The notes below the pieces were generated by a model. The model saw only the letters and a program-made list of their open reading frames with translations, did no database searches and was not told the DNA's origin. From IMG/VR virus record IMGVR_UViG_3300045988_150762, positions 1 to 28,719 of that record: a DNA stretch of 28,719 nt. The stretch is one strand, 5' to 3'. Below are positions 8,245 to 16,551 of the stretch, one piece after another; positions within the stretch are counted from its first letter, which is position 1; every line of letters begins with the position of its first letter. Source of the DNA: a virus. The position numbers and the translations under genes were made by a program.

Positions 8245-8842
8245 GACTATTGCAGACAAATACCGGCCGAAGTTGCGGGAGGTGAATGGGCAGTCTACGA
8301 GAATTATAGAGGGTTACGCCGCTGTGTTTAATGTGCTGTCGGAGGTTCTTCTGGATTATGACGAAGATAACTATATTTTCCGCGAAGTAATTAGCCCGTC
8401 CGCAATAACGCAAGAGCGGTTAAAAGGGTATGACATTAAAATGACAATGTTTCACAACCGCGAGAAGCTTCTTGCGCGGTCGAGATATGGGGCGGGGTCT
8501 TTAACTCTGTCCGTAGACGATACAGGGCTGAAATTTAGTGCGGAAATGCCTAACACGGATTTAGGTAACGAGGCGCTGGAGATGGTGAAGCGTGGTGACA
8601 TTGTGGGCGCTTCTTTCGCCTACCTTAACAGCAAAGACGGTGTAACGTGGTCGTATGAGGGAGACGTACCAACCCGCACCGTAAATGACATTATAGACAT
8701 ACAAGACGTAACGCTTGCAATAGACCCCGCATTTAACCAGACAAGCGTCAGTTTGCGGGAGCTGTCGAGACCAGCGGAGCGGCCGACGAAAAGGATAAAG
8801 ATAACCCATTATATAAACGATTTAAAAATAGACGAATTATGA
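8225..8842 (+). CDS. Prohead maturation protease (HK97 / S78 type)
   Basis: EGYAAVFN, MFHNRE..LLAR, D.TGL, GDIVGASFAY pattern. Located between portal and capsid. Confidence 0.9.
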   Translation: MNKVEIRTIADKYRPKLREVNGQSTRIIEGYAAVFNVLSEVLLDYDEDNYIFREVISPSAITQERLKGYDIKMTMFHNREKLLARSRYGAGSLTLSVDDTGLKFSAEMPNTDLGNEALEMVKRGDIVGASFAYLNSKDGVTWSYEGDVPTRTVNDIIDIQDVTLAIDPAFNQTSVSLRELSRPAERPTKRIKITHYINDLKIDEL

Positions 8843-9981
8843 CACTTAAAGAACTACTCGCAAGGCGAGACGAGCTAAACAAGAAGCGAGAGGCAACACG
8901 CACCGAGCTTTACAAAATCAACGACAAAGCAAAGGCCGAAAAACGAGAGTTGACACCAGCTGAAGAAATTCAGTTTAAGGCGCTTCAGCGTGAAATGGTT
9001 TGCATTGATGCAGACAGTAAGGCGAACGAGCAGAGCATCACGGAGGTGCAAAACCAAGTTAGAGAAATCAAGAGCAAGAACGCCAAGTTCCGTGAGTTCT
9101 TGCAGAAAGCGGAGCTAAACAAAGAGTATGTTGTAGAGCGTGAGAACACTACTACGGCGTCAGTGCCTGGCGTTATTACGCAAGAAATTATGCCTATAAT
9201 TGAACCACTTGAAAAAGGTTTGATTTACGACAAGGTCGGCGTGACTGTCAGCAGCGGCGTAGTAGGTCAGATACAATGGCCTTTTGTCGGCGCTGTCGAG
9301 GCCGCTATTGCTGGCGAGGCGGTGAAAGGCACAGAAACGGAGGTTGATATATCCAAGGTAAACACTATCCCCGTACGCTTGACGGTTGGCGCATTCGTGT
9401 CTAATCAGGCAATAAGCCAGAGCACGGGGGATTTGGTGGCAGTTGTTACTAACCAGTTTGTTAAGGGCTTGCAAAGAATAATTAACCGTGTAATGTTCAG
9501 CTTTGCAAAGTACAACACGGGCTTCTTTGGCCCATTCGCTGGCGCAAAGAGTTCGGGCACTTTCGCTGGAGCTGTGCCGACTTACGCCGAACTGCTGAAA
9601 ATGAAAGGCGATGTAGCTAAAGAGGGGTGCGACATGAGTGCATTTTGCTATGTCATGAGCGAGTCCATGAAAGCGCAACTCGAAGCAACACCGAGGGCCG
9701 CAGGTTCGGGCGAAATGATATGCGTAGACGGACGTATAGGCGGTTACCCTGTATTCTGCACGCAGTATGTTAACGAGAATGCAAGCAAGGAAACGGACAC
9801 CGTAGAACACGTTGTTGCGGGTGCTTTCAATTATCTCGCACTAAACCAACACGGCGCCCTCCGTCTTACAATAGAGAGCGACGGACAGGCCGACGGCAAG
9901 AAAATCTGGTTAAACTCCGACTGGTCTATGACTTCTCTGTTTAGTCAGGCGTTCTCCAGCTGGAAGTGTAAGGGAGTTTAG
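8839..9981 (+). CDS. Major capsid protein (HK97 fold family) with N-terminal coiled-coil delta domain
   Basis: 380 aa, with a K/E-rich N-terminal ~100 aa followed by a Gly/Ala-rich body. ATGA coupling to the protease gene. Confidence 0.9.
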   Translation: MTLKELLARRDELNKKREATRTELYKINDKAKAEKRELTPAEEIQFKALQREMVCIDADSKANEQSITEVQNQVREIKSKNAKFREFLQKAELNKEYVVERENTTTASVPGVITQEIMPIIEPLEKGLIYDKVGVTVSSGVVGQIQWPFVGAVEAAIAGEAVKGTETEVDISKVNTIPVRLTVGAFVSNQAISQSTGDLVAVVTNQFVKGLQRIINRVMFSFAKYNTGFFGPFAGAKSSGTFAGAVPTYAELLKMKGDVAKEGCDMSAFCYVMSESMKAQLEATPRAAGSGEMICVDGRIGGYPVFCTQYVNENASKETDTVEHVVAGAFNYLALNQHGALRLTIESDGQADGKKIWLNSDWSMTSLFSQAFSSWKCKGV

Positions 9982-10012
9982 TATTTTATTCTTCTTCATA
10001 AACGTAAGTTTC

Positions 10013-10054
10013 GGGGGTGTGCGTGACGCATTAGACGCACGTACGCCCCTTTTT
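10013..10054 (+). terminator. Terminator/attenuator after the capsid gene
   Basis: 11-bp stem GGGGTGTGCGT (10014-10024) / ACGTACGCCCC (10039-10049) with 2 G-U pairs, then TTTTT (10050-10054). Confidence 0.6.
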
Positions 10055-10063
10055 ATAAAAAAC

Positions 10064-11194
10064 ATGAAAATCGTAGATATAGAACTGGTTAGGGCGCATT
10101 GCAATTCATTGCCCGAGGACGATGTACTTCTGGAACATTATACCGAGGTTGCAGAAGAAATGGTTGTAAGTGAGACGCGCAGGACAGACGAAGAACTTAT
10201 CGCGATGGGTGGTGGTAGTTATCCTACACGCATTAAACAGGCCGTGTTGTTGATTGTCGCTCACTTCTATAAAGTGCGTGAGGCTTCAGGCACGATAAAC
10301 GAGATACTTACCCCGTTCGCTTATGCCGCTTGCGTTAAGCCGTTCCGTAAATTTGCGACGGATTGGAAAAATGAGGATAACGATATGTATAACGGGATTA
10401 TTAAGGGAGAGACGGGGCTGTTTGTAAATCTGGACATTAGCAAAATTGATAACAATCGCCAGCAAAGTATCGGGCTTTCTTTGAAAATACAAGACATTTC
10501 TGGGGCTTCGGCAGAGGCTGACGGGCTTGTAACGGCTTACGATGTGCAAAAGGAGTTGGAGAAGAAGCAGAACACGCTTGTGAGCGGCAAGAACCTGAAA
10601 ACGTTCGGCGGTGAGAGTTTGCTCGGGTCGGGCAACATTGATGCTGTGGCAGACGTTAAAGCGAATGGGGTGTCTATTGTAAAAAACGGTGTAGCTGATT
10701 TTGGCACGATAGTTAAAAGTGTTAAGGTTAATGATACAGATGTTCCTAACCCCGATGGAGTTGTAAATCTGGGTTCTGTCGTTAAAAAGATACAAAATAA
10801 CTATGACGACGTTCCTATTGCTGATGATGGAACCGTGAACCTAAGAATTGGCACTCCTATTGGTAGCATCCTTGTTAATGGGAAAGAATACTTTCCACTA
10901 TCTCCTGGAGGGGAAGTAAATCTTGGAACACTTGGGGACTCGTCTTTTATCAGAGTTGAGGAGGGTGTTATACACATAGGAACAGCTTATTACCCGATAC
11001 AATTAGATTGTAATAATTTAGCGCTTGGAACTTCGCCAGGGGCAGTTAATTTAAATGGAGATGTCTATGTCACGGGCGGAGAACTCGCGTTAGGGTATAC
11101 AGGTGGGGCGATAATGCTATTAACAGCTGATGTGCAAGCAAACGTGCTGCGGATTACATGTGGCGCAAAAAAAGCTGAAATACCTTTAAGTTAA
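10064..11194 (+). CDS. Head-tail connector (gp6/gp15-like) domain fused to a ~270-aa repeat-containing fibre-like domain
   Basis: The N-terminal ~105 aa (VRAHCNSLPEDDVLLEHY..AEEMV...IKQAVLLIVAHFY) fit the connector pattern. There is no stop before a C-terminal region carrying four G-x-VNL repeats. Confidence 0.65.
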   Translation: MKIVDIELVRAHCNSLPEDDVLLEHYTEVAEEMVVSETRRTDEELIAMGGGSYPTRIKQAVLLIVAHFYKVREASGTINEILTPFAYAACVKPFRKFATDWKNEDNDMYNGIIKGETGLFVNLDISKIDNNRQQSIGLSLKIQDISGASAEADGLVTAYDVQKELEKKQNTLVSGKNLKTFGGESLLGSGNIDAVADVKANGVSIVKNGVADFGTIVKSVKVNDTDVPNPDGVVNLGSVVKKIQNNYDDVPIADDGTVNLRIGTPIGSILVNGKEYFPLSPGGEVNLGTLGDSSFIRVEEGVIHIGTAYYPIQLDCNNLALGTSPGAVNLNGDVYVTGGELALGYTGGAIMLLTADVQANVLRITCGAKKAEIPLS

Positions 11195-11206
11195 TATAGT
11201 AAAATT

Positions 11207-12088
11207 ATGGTTAGTATAGTAATAACTGCGTACAACGTAGGAGAATATATTGAGCAGTCTGTTAAGAGCGCACTAAGTCAGAGCCTTAAAGATATTGAAG
11301 TTGTTGTTGTGTTGGATAAACCTACAGACAACACGGCCGATGTCGTTAGAACAATAAAAGACGAACGTCTAAAAATCGTTGAAAATGAAAAAAATATTGG
11401 TGCAGGATTAAGCCGTAGAACTGGCATAGCGCATGCAAAGGGCGATTATATTCTTTTGCTTGATGGTGACGACTGGCTGGAACCCTCTTTTGTAGAAAGC
11501 TTGTATAAAAGGGCGAAAAAAGAAAACGCCGACATTGTCAGCGGTGGCGTAACAATAAGAGAAGATAGTGGCTACTATGAAGTGCAATGCGTTGGCGACA
11601 AGGTATGCGAGGGCTACGAAAAAATAACTAAATATTGGGGGCTGAAAACGGTGTTTATGAATAACCGTCTCATTAGGCACGAACTCTTTGGCAAAGTGCC
11701 TTACTGTCATAGGCGATATATTGAGGACACCCCTACAATTATCCCAATGTTGTGGTATGCTAACAAGGTTGTCTATGTTGATGAAATAGGATATAATTAC
11801 CGTGTCAATCCCAAGTCGCTCACCCACACTGCAGACTGGTTCAAAGAATGGGTGTTCAAGGGGTTGTGCTATTGTGATTTGGTTGAGTTCTTCAACGCTC
11901 ACGACCCTGAATTGTATAAGCATTTGGATATAAGACAATATGCCCGCAATATTTTTGCACAGCTGCGGCTGTCCGTTCTCACGGTTGAAACTGTAAGCCA
12001 ATACCCTAATGAGTTTTGCGAACTGATGATGCGCTTGTCTAATCTCGTAAGCGTTGAGAGCGTGAAATATAAACAGATACAACAATGA
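11207..12088 (+). CDS. Family 2 glycosyltransferase (GT-A fold)
   Basis: VSIVITAYNVGEYIEQSVKS...Q, VVVVLDKPTDNT, and a DGDD (DxD) motif followed by W. This is the classic GT2 N-terminal domain. Confidence 0.9.
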   Translation: MVSIVITAYNVGEYIEQSVKSALSQSLKDIEVVVVLDKPTDNTADVVRTIKDERLKIVENEKNIGAGLSRRTGIAHAKGDYILLLDGDDWLEPSFVESLYKRAKKENADIVSGGVTIREDSGYYEVQCVGDKVCEGYEKITKYWGLKTVFMNNRLIRHELFGKVPYCHRRYIEDTPTIIPMLWYANKVVYVDEIGYNYRVNPKSLTHTADWFKEWVFKGLCYCDLVEFFNAHDPELYKHLDIRQYARNIFAQLRLSVLTVETVSQYPNEFCELMMRLSNLVSVESVKYKQIQQ

Positions 12089-12405
12089 TAAGCGCGGGTA
12101 TATTGACGGAGGTCCTAACGCTACAGCGCAAAGCCTATACACGAAACAAGGCGGGCGAACAGGTGCAGGGCTTTGAGGCATTCTGCACGCTTCGGGCAAA
12201 CGTCAAATTTGCAAAAGGTAGCAGGGCGCTGTTGCAGGGCGAAGTGTGGAGGCCTACGACAATAGTAGTAACATCGCGGAACGTGGCGAGCGGTGAAGAT
12301 ACTTGCCGCCTGATATGGAAAAATAGGGCGTATCTTGTCGATAGCGCAAACGCAGACAGGGTAAACGGGACGTTGACCATTACGGCAACGTTGGAAGATA
12401 ATTAA
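12085..12405 (+). CDS. Head closure / head-tail adaptor protein (SPP1 gp16-like)
   Basis: 106 aa, with the pattern ..LTLQR......AGE.V.G.......RANV....G.. typical of the head-tail joining family. ATGA overlap with the GT2 gene. Confidence 0.65.
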   Translation: MISAGILTEVLTLQRKAYTRNKAGEQVQGFEAFCTLRANVKFAKGSRALLQGEVWRPTTIVVTSRNVASGEDTCRLIWKNRAYLVDSANADRVNGTLTITATLEDN

Positions 12406-12409
12406 ATGC

Positions 12410-12919
12410 ATGAACATCGAAATTAACACAGCAAACATCGAAAAGATGTTGGGAGGTCTTAAACGTTCGGAGCTTACACCAGCTTTCAAAGTGGCTTTTC
12501 GCAAAGCAGCAGGCGTGTTGGCTTCTGCTGTGCGTAATAGGGTCAGGCAAGACTATCCAGGCGGGCGACGTGCTAATAGCGGAGTATTAAGGGGTGTACA
12601 GTATGGCCCACTATATAAGGACGTTAAAATGACGGTGTACAAGTCTGGCGAGGGTGCAAACGTTAGCCTTTTTTCTCGTAGCAAGCCTAATCGGTGGTGC
12701 GTGCTATATTGGCTTAACGATGGAGCGGACAGAACAGGAAGCAAGGCGGCCTACACACGCAAGACGGGCGGCCATGCGCCAGCAGACAGGGGGGCGTTAC
12801 CGAAGCGCGACTTCTTTGCGCAAGCCGTGGGGGGTGCTAAGTCACGAGCGGAGCAGACTCTTGTTAAAGAACTCCCCGACGAAATCGTGAAACAAATCAG
12901 TAAAAATAAAAACTCTTAA
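12410..12919 (+). CDS. HK97 gp10-like neck/tail-completion protein
   Basis: Size and position, plus a C-terminal LPKRDFFAQAV segment resembling that family. Confidence 0.5.
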   Translation: MNIEINTANIEKMLGGLKRSELTPAFKVAFRKAAGVLASAVRNRVRQDYPGGRRANSGVLRGVQYGPLYKDVKMTVYKSGEGANVSLFSRSKPNRWCVLYWLNDGADRTGSKAAYTRKTGGHAPADRGALPKRDFFAQAVGGAKSRAEQTLVKELPDEIVKQISKNKNS

Positions 12920-12931
12920 ACATTTAAAATT

Positions 12932-13423
12932 ATGGCAGAAACACAGAAAACACAGGCAACAAAAGTTAGAGGCAAAGACTTAATGCTGTTTCTTACTGAT
13001 GGCGAGACTACCAAGGCAATAGCGCTTGTTACAAACAGTACTATCAGTATCACGGCAAACACTAACGAGTACAAAACTAAGGACGACACCGAGGACAGTG
13101 CGCCTGAAGTTGAGTCCATATCATGGGAGGCTACCTCTGAAAGTATGTACTCAGTAGAAAAAGGCTTAGACGCACAGTACACGGCCGACAGCCTTATGAA
13201 AATCATGTTGGCAAAGAAACTTATAGGAGTTGCACTTGCGCAGACTTCTGCGGCTGGCACACATATAAGCGTACCCGCAGGCGGCTGGACAGAAAAAGAC
13301 GGGGCATTCCTTATTAGTGGCAAAGCGTTTATCACGTCGTTGGAAGTTACTGCAACTAATGGGGAGTACGCAAGCGTATCTATCACGCTGACAGGCAAGG
13401 GGGCTCTAAATACGTTAGGTTAA
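12932..13423 (+). CDS. Major tail (tube) protein, TP901-1/phi13-like
   Basis: VRGKDLMLFL start, ISWEATSES middle, GKAFITSLEV...ASVSITLTGKGAL end. Lies upstream of the chaperone and tape measure genes. Confidence 0.7.
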   Translation: MAETQKTQATKVRGKDLMLFLTDGETTKAIALVTNSTISITANTNEYKTKDDTEDSAPEVESISWEATSESMYSVEKGLDAQYTADSLMKIMLAKKLIGVALAQTSAAGTHISVPAGGWTEKDGAFLISGKAFITSLEVTATNGEYASVSITLTGKGALNTLG

Positions 13424-13800
13424 TGGAAGTACATGCGTATATCTATACAACCGTGTCGCAAGCAGTTCCGCAGGAGGTGGCAGAAAGGGTCTACCCTATC
13501 TGCGCCCCTGGCGGGACAGACTTGCCATTTATCACATATCATGTAACAGAGCAGAGGGCAGACGGAACCAAGGACACGCGAGAAAGTGACGTTACTGTAG
13601 AAGTGGCGGTTGTCGGTAAGAACCTCATGGCCGCCCATGAGCTGGCCGATGTCATTACGGCAGCTTTGGAAGCGGACGAGGACGAAGCATCACAAAACGG
13701 GCTTGACTTCCCCACGTGGCAAAATACGGCCGAGCTGTACGATATCAATGTAGACGGGTATGTCGTAACCACGGCGGTAAAATATAAACGACTAAGATAA
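13423..13800 (+). CDS. Tail terminator/completion-like protein (DUF3168-like pattern)
   Basis: ERVYPICAPGGTDLPFITYHV segment typical of that family. 125 aa. Confidence 0.45.
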   Translation: MEVHAYIYTTVSQAVPQEVAERVYPICAPGGTDLPFITYHVTEQRADGTKDTRESDVTVEVAVVGKNLMAAHELADVITAALEADEDEASQNGLDFPTWQNTAELYDINVDGYVVTTAVKYKRLR

Positions 13801-13806
13801 AACACG

Positions 13807-14121
13807 ATGAAGATAACATTTAACAAACAAGAGCTTGAATTTCGGTACAACTGGGGGGCGATATACACATACGAAAAAATAACAGACGAGCCGCTGAACG
13901 TAGACAAGAACATGAGCCGACATGTATTGTTATATTCTATTTTGTTGTTCAACAATCAGGGCGTTTTTAGTCTGACGTGGAACGAGTTCATTGCTATCAT
14001 CGAAGATTACTCCGAGCTGAAAGTGTTGACAGACGCACTTGTGAAAGAATTGGAACTCAAAGCGCAGGAGCGCGAAAAGGCAGAGCAGGGAGAGAAAGAA
14101 AAAACAAAAAAAAAGGACTGA
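13807..14121 (+). CDS. Tail assembly chaperone (G-like, 0-frame product)
   Basis: Located directly upstream of the tape measure gene. Acidic C-terminus ending in a slippery A-run. Confidence 0.75.
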   Translation: MKITFNKQELEFRYNWGAIYTYEKITDEPLNVDKNMSRHVLLYSILLFNNQGVFSLTWNEFIAIIEDYSELKVLTDALVKELELKAQEREKAEQGEKEKTKKKD

Positions 14122-14447
14122 CGGCGACAGAGGTGTACAAGCTTGTATGCGGTGAATTTGGGGTTAGCCCTGATTATTTCTTACGCTCCATGGGCTTCGC
14201 GGAGGCTCACGATTTTATAGAGGGCGCACAAAACAGGGCGCGAGATATATGGCAGTGTACGCGAATGCTTATGTATACCAACGTGGCCACCGTTGGCGGA
14301 GCAAAGGGGAAAACCCCAGAGGACATTATGTCTCTACCCTGGGATAAAGGCGACACGCAAGAACAGAAGCTAACGGAAGAACGATTGCAAGAAATTAGGG
14401 CAAGGGCGCAAGCCATGGCCGGCAAACTGAACAAAAAAGATGAGTGA
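13807..14447 (+). CDS. Tail assembly chaperone, -1 frameshift extension product (GT-like)
   Basis: The -1 frame is open from the slip site to 14447 (…KKKGLTATEVYKLV…). ORF 13977..14447 is in exactly the -1 phase relative to 13807. Confidence 0.7.
14109..14115 (+). promoter_or_regulatory. -1 programmed ribosomal frameshift heptamer A_AAA_AAG
   Basis: 0-frame codons are aaa(14110-12) aag(14113-15), 6 nt before the TGA at 14119-21. The downstream frame continues in -1. Confidence 0.75.
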
Positions 14448-16545
14448 CGCTATAGTAAGACTAAGACTTGACGCGGGTAATTATTCGCAAACCCTTAAAA
14501 GTGCCACGCGGGAGCTACAGAACACAGTACGGCAAGTTCGCGAAATGGGGGCTACTTTTGCCGTTACCGACAAAGAAGAAACCAACTTTGCTCAATCTTT
14601 TGCAAAGTTGGCGACTTCGGCAACTTCAACGAAACAGCAGCTAAGGGAAATTACCGCCGCAATAAACGACCTTAAAACGGCTTACGCTGCCATGACAGGG
14701 GAAGAACGTAATTCTCCATTCGGGAAAGGCCTTAAAGACAGTATAGACCAGCTAATAGAGCGTGCAGGAATACTCCGTGACACCATGGCGGACACTACGC
14801 AAGCGATTAATAACGCCGCATCAGATACACGAGGGTTTGACCAGCTTATAGGGGCGGCTAATGTTATGACAGGGGCTTACGGTGTGCTTACCGCTGGTGC
14901 AGAACTCTTTGGTATGTCAACATTGTCTAACAGTGAAGCGATGCGGAAGTTGCAGACCGCCATTGCCCTCTGTTCCAGCGCCCAGACTTTGCAAAATGCA
15001 TTGCAAAAGCAGGGGGCAGTTTATCAGGGCGTTTTGGCGGTGCAGGCACGGGCAAGGGCGCAAGCGGAGGCTCTCGCAACAAGTTCGACAAAAGCGGCTA
15101 CGGTAGCGCAGAAAGCATTTAATCTTGTCGCAAAAGCAAATCCTTATGCGTTGTTGGCAACGGCTATTGTTGCTGTAGGTACGGCCCTGTATGCATTTAC
15201 GCAAAAAAGCAAAGAGGCAAGCAACGCTTCAGGGGGGCTGTCTGAAAAAATAAAGGCACAACAAGCGCTAATAAAAGGTACGGCAGACGCTGCAAGCGGG
15301 AACATTACAGAGTTTGAAAGGCTTAGTATAGAGTGGGCTAACTTGCGCACGGAAGCCCAGCAAAAACAATGGATACACGACAATCAAAGCGCGTTTGAAC
15401 GCTTAGGGCTTAGCGTAAATAGCATTTCTGATGCTTTTGATGTGTTTGTCAGGAATAAAGGCAAATATATTCAGGCAATGACCGAAATTGCCCGCGCTTC
15501 CGCGTATATGGATTTGGCAAAGGCGCAATTTAAAAAAGGCATAGAAAACTCATTAAAAACAACGAAAGCAGCAACAGCAAAAGCAGGGGATAATGTCTAC
15601 ACGCTGTCAGAGGACGAGCAAGCGTTTGTTTTTGGCAACAAAAAATATCATAACACGTATAAACGATACGGGGGCTCTTTTTCTACGCTTACTCCAGCTG
15701 GTGCGCAGGCGTTGTTTAAGCGTAGAAGTAGGAATGCTTTGCGAGCAAAAGACAAACAAACTGAAGATATTAATGCGGTGGGTGAATATTATATCAAAAA
15801 GGCACTCGACAGTGGTAATAAAGCAGAAGAACTTGGGCTAAAGAGCGGGGGAACGTCAAAAACACAAAGGCGTCGTTCTGGTAGTGGGCGCACAGTAGCG
15901 GCCGCAGTGGCAAAGCCGTTGACAGCGGAAGAAAAGGCGGAACTTTGGCGCAAGGCTAACGATGAGATGCAGAAAGGCACGCACGGTCTTTTTAATTCGT
16001 CCCTTAAAGATGCTAACGCTGCTTATAACGAGAACGTGAAGCGCCTATCAGGCAACGGAGCGGAATATTATGCATTTAGAAAGCTTAACGAGCTAACCCC
16101 GACCGAGCTAACCCCGTTTAAGTTCCAGGATAACCAAGGCTACAAGCAGAGCGAAGATTTTAAGCAGCTAAAATTCACGGAGAGCATAACAAAGCTACGT
16201 TCGGGGCTGGACGAGATGTCTAACGGGGTCAGCGCTGGCAGTTCGTTGGTAGATGGTATTAGCAACATTATAACAACGTTAGGCGGGAACTCGGAAGCAC
16301 TAAAAACTCTTACGACAGCTTTGGGCATTGTTTCCGCTGTTATACAGGTCGCTACGACAGCAATAGAGGTCGGGGCAATATTGGGGCTTATTCCGCTGTC
16401 TAATCGTTTTGAGGGCAACGCAGGAGGCTTGCAGGGGCTTATTGCAGATGGCACGATTGGCGGCGGCCAAACACTAACGGCAACAATAAAGGGGGAAGAT
16501 ATATATTTAAGTAATCGAAATTATATAAGGCGAACAGGAAAATAG
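14440..16545 (+). CDS. Tape measure protein
   Basis: 701 aa, Ala/Gln-rich helical sequence with hydrophobic segments, following the G/GT chaperone. Confidence 0.9.
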   Translation: MSDAIVRLRLDAGNYSQTLKSATRELQNTVRQVREMGATFAVTDKEETNFAQSFAKLATSATSTKQQLREITAAINDLKTAYAAMTGEERNSPFGKGLKDSIDQLIERAGILRDTMADTTQAINNAASDTRGFDQLIGAANVMTGAYGVLTAGAELFGMSTLSNSEAMRKLQTAIALCSSAQTLQNALQKQGAVYQGVLAVQARARAQAEALATSSTKAATVAQKAFNLVAKANPYALLATAIVAVGTALYAFTQKSKEASNASGGLSEKIKAQQALIKGTADAASGNITEFERLSIEWANLRTEAQQKQWIHDNQSAFERLGLSVNSISDAFDVFVRNKGKYIQAMTEIARASAYMDLAKAQFKKGIENSLKTTKAATAKAGDNVYTLSEDEQAFVFGNKKYHNTYKRYGGSFSTLTPAGAQALFKRRSRNALRAKDKQTEDINAVGEYYIKKALDSGNKAEELGLKSGGTSKTQRRRSGSGRTVAAAVAKPLTAEEKAELWRKANDEMQKGTHGLFNSSLKDANAAYNENVKRLSGNGAEYYAFRKLNELTPTELTPFKFQDNQGYKQSEDFKQLKFTESITKLRSGLDEMSNGVSAGSSLVDGISNIITTLGGNSEALKTLTTALGIVSAVIQVATTAIEVGAILGLIPLSNRFEGNAGGLQGLIADGTIGGGQTLTATIKGEDIYLSNRNYIRRTGK

Positions 16546-16551
16546 AACGGC

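Noticed and set aside
9160-9810. 216-aa - strand ORF
   Set aside because: It is antisense to the major capsid gene and has no start context or motif.
10019-10063. GTG 10019 as the start of the connector-fusion gene
   Set aside because: These 45 nt form the terminator hairpin and T-run after the capsid gene. ATG 10064 begins the recognisable connector domain (MKIVDIELVRAH...).
11408-12199. 263-aa - strand ORF
   Set aside because: It is antisense to the GT2 glycosyltransferase gene, which has unambiguous motifs, and nothing else in this operon is on the - strand.
13977-14447. Independent 156-aa gene
   Set aside because: Its 5' half overlaps the chaperone gene in the -1 frame, and the only sensible entry is via the A_AAA_AAG slip site. 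It is treated as the frameshift extension.
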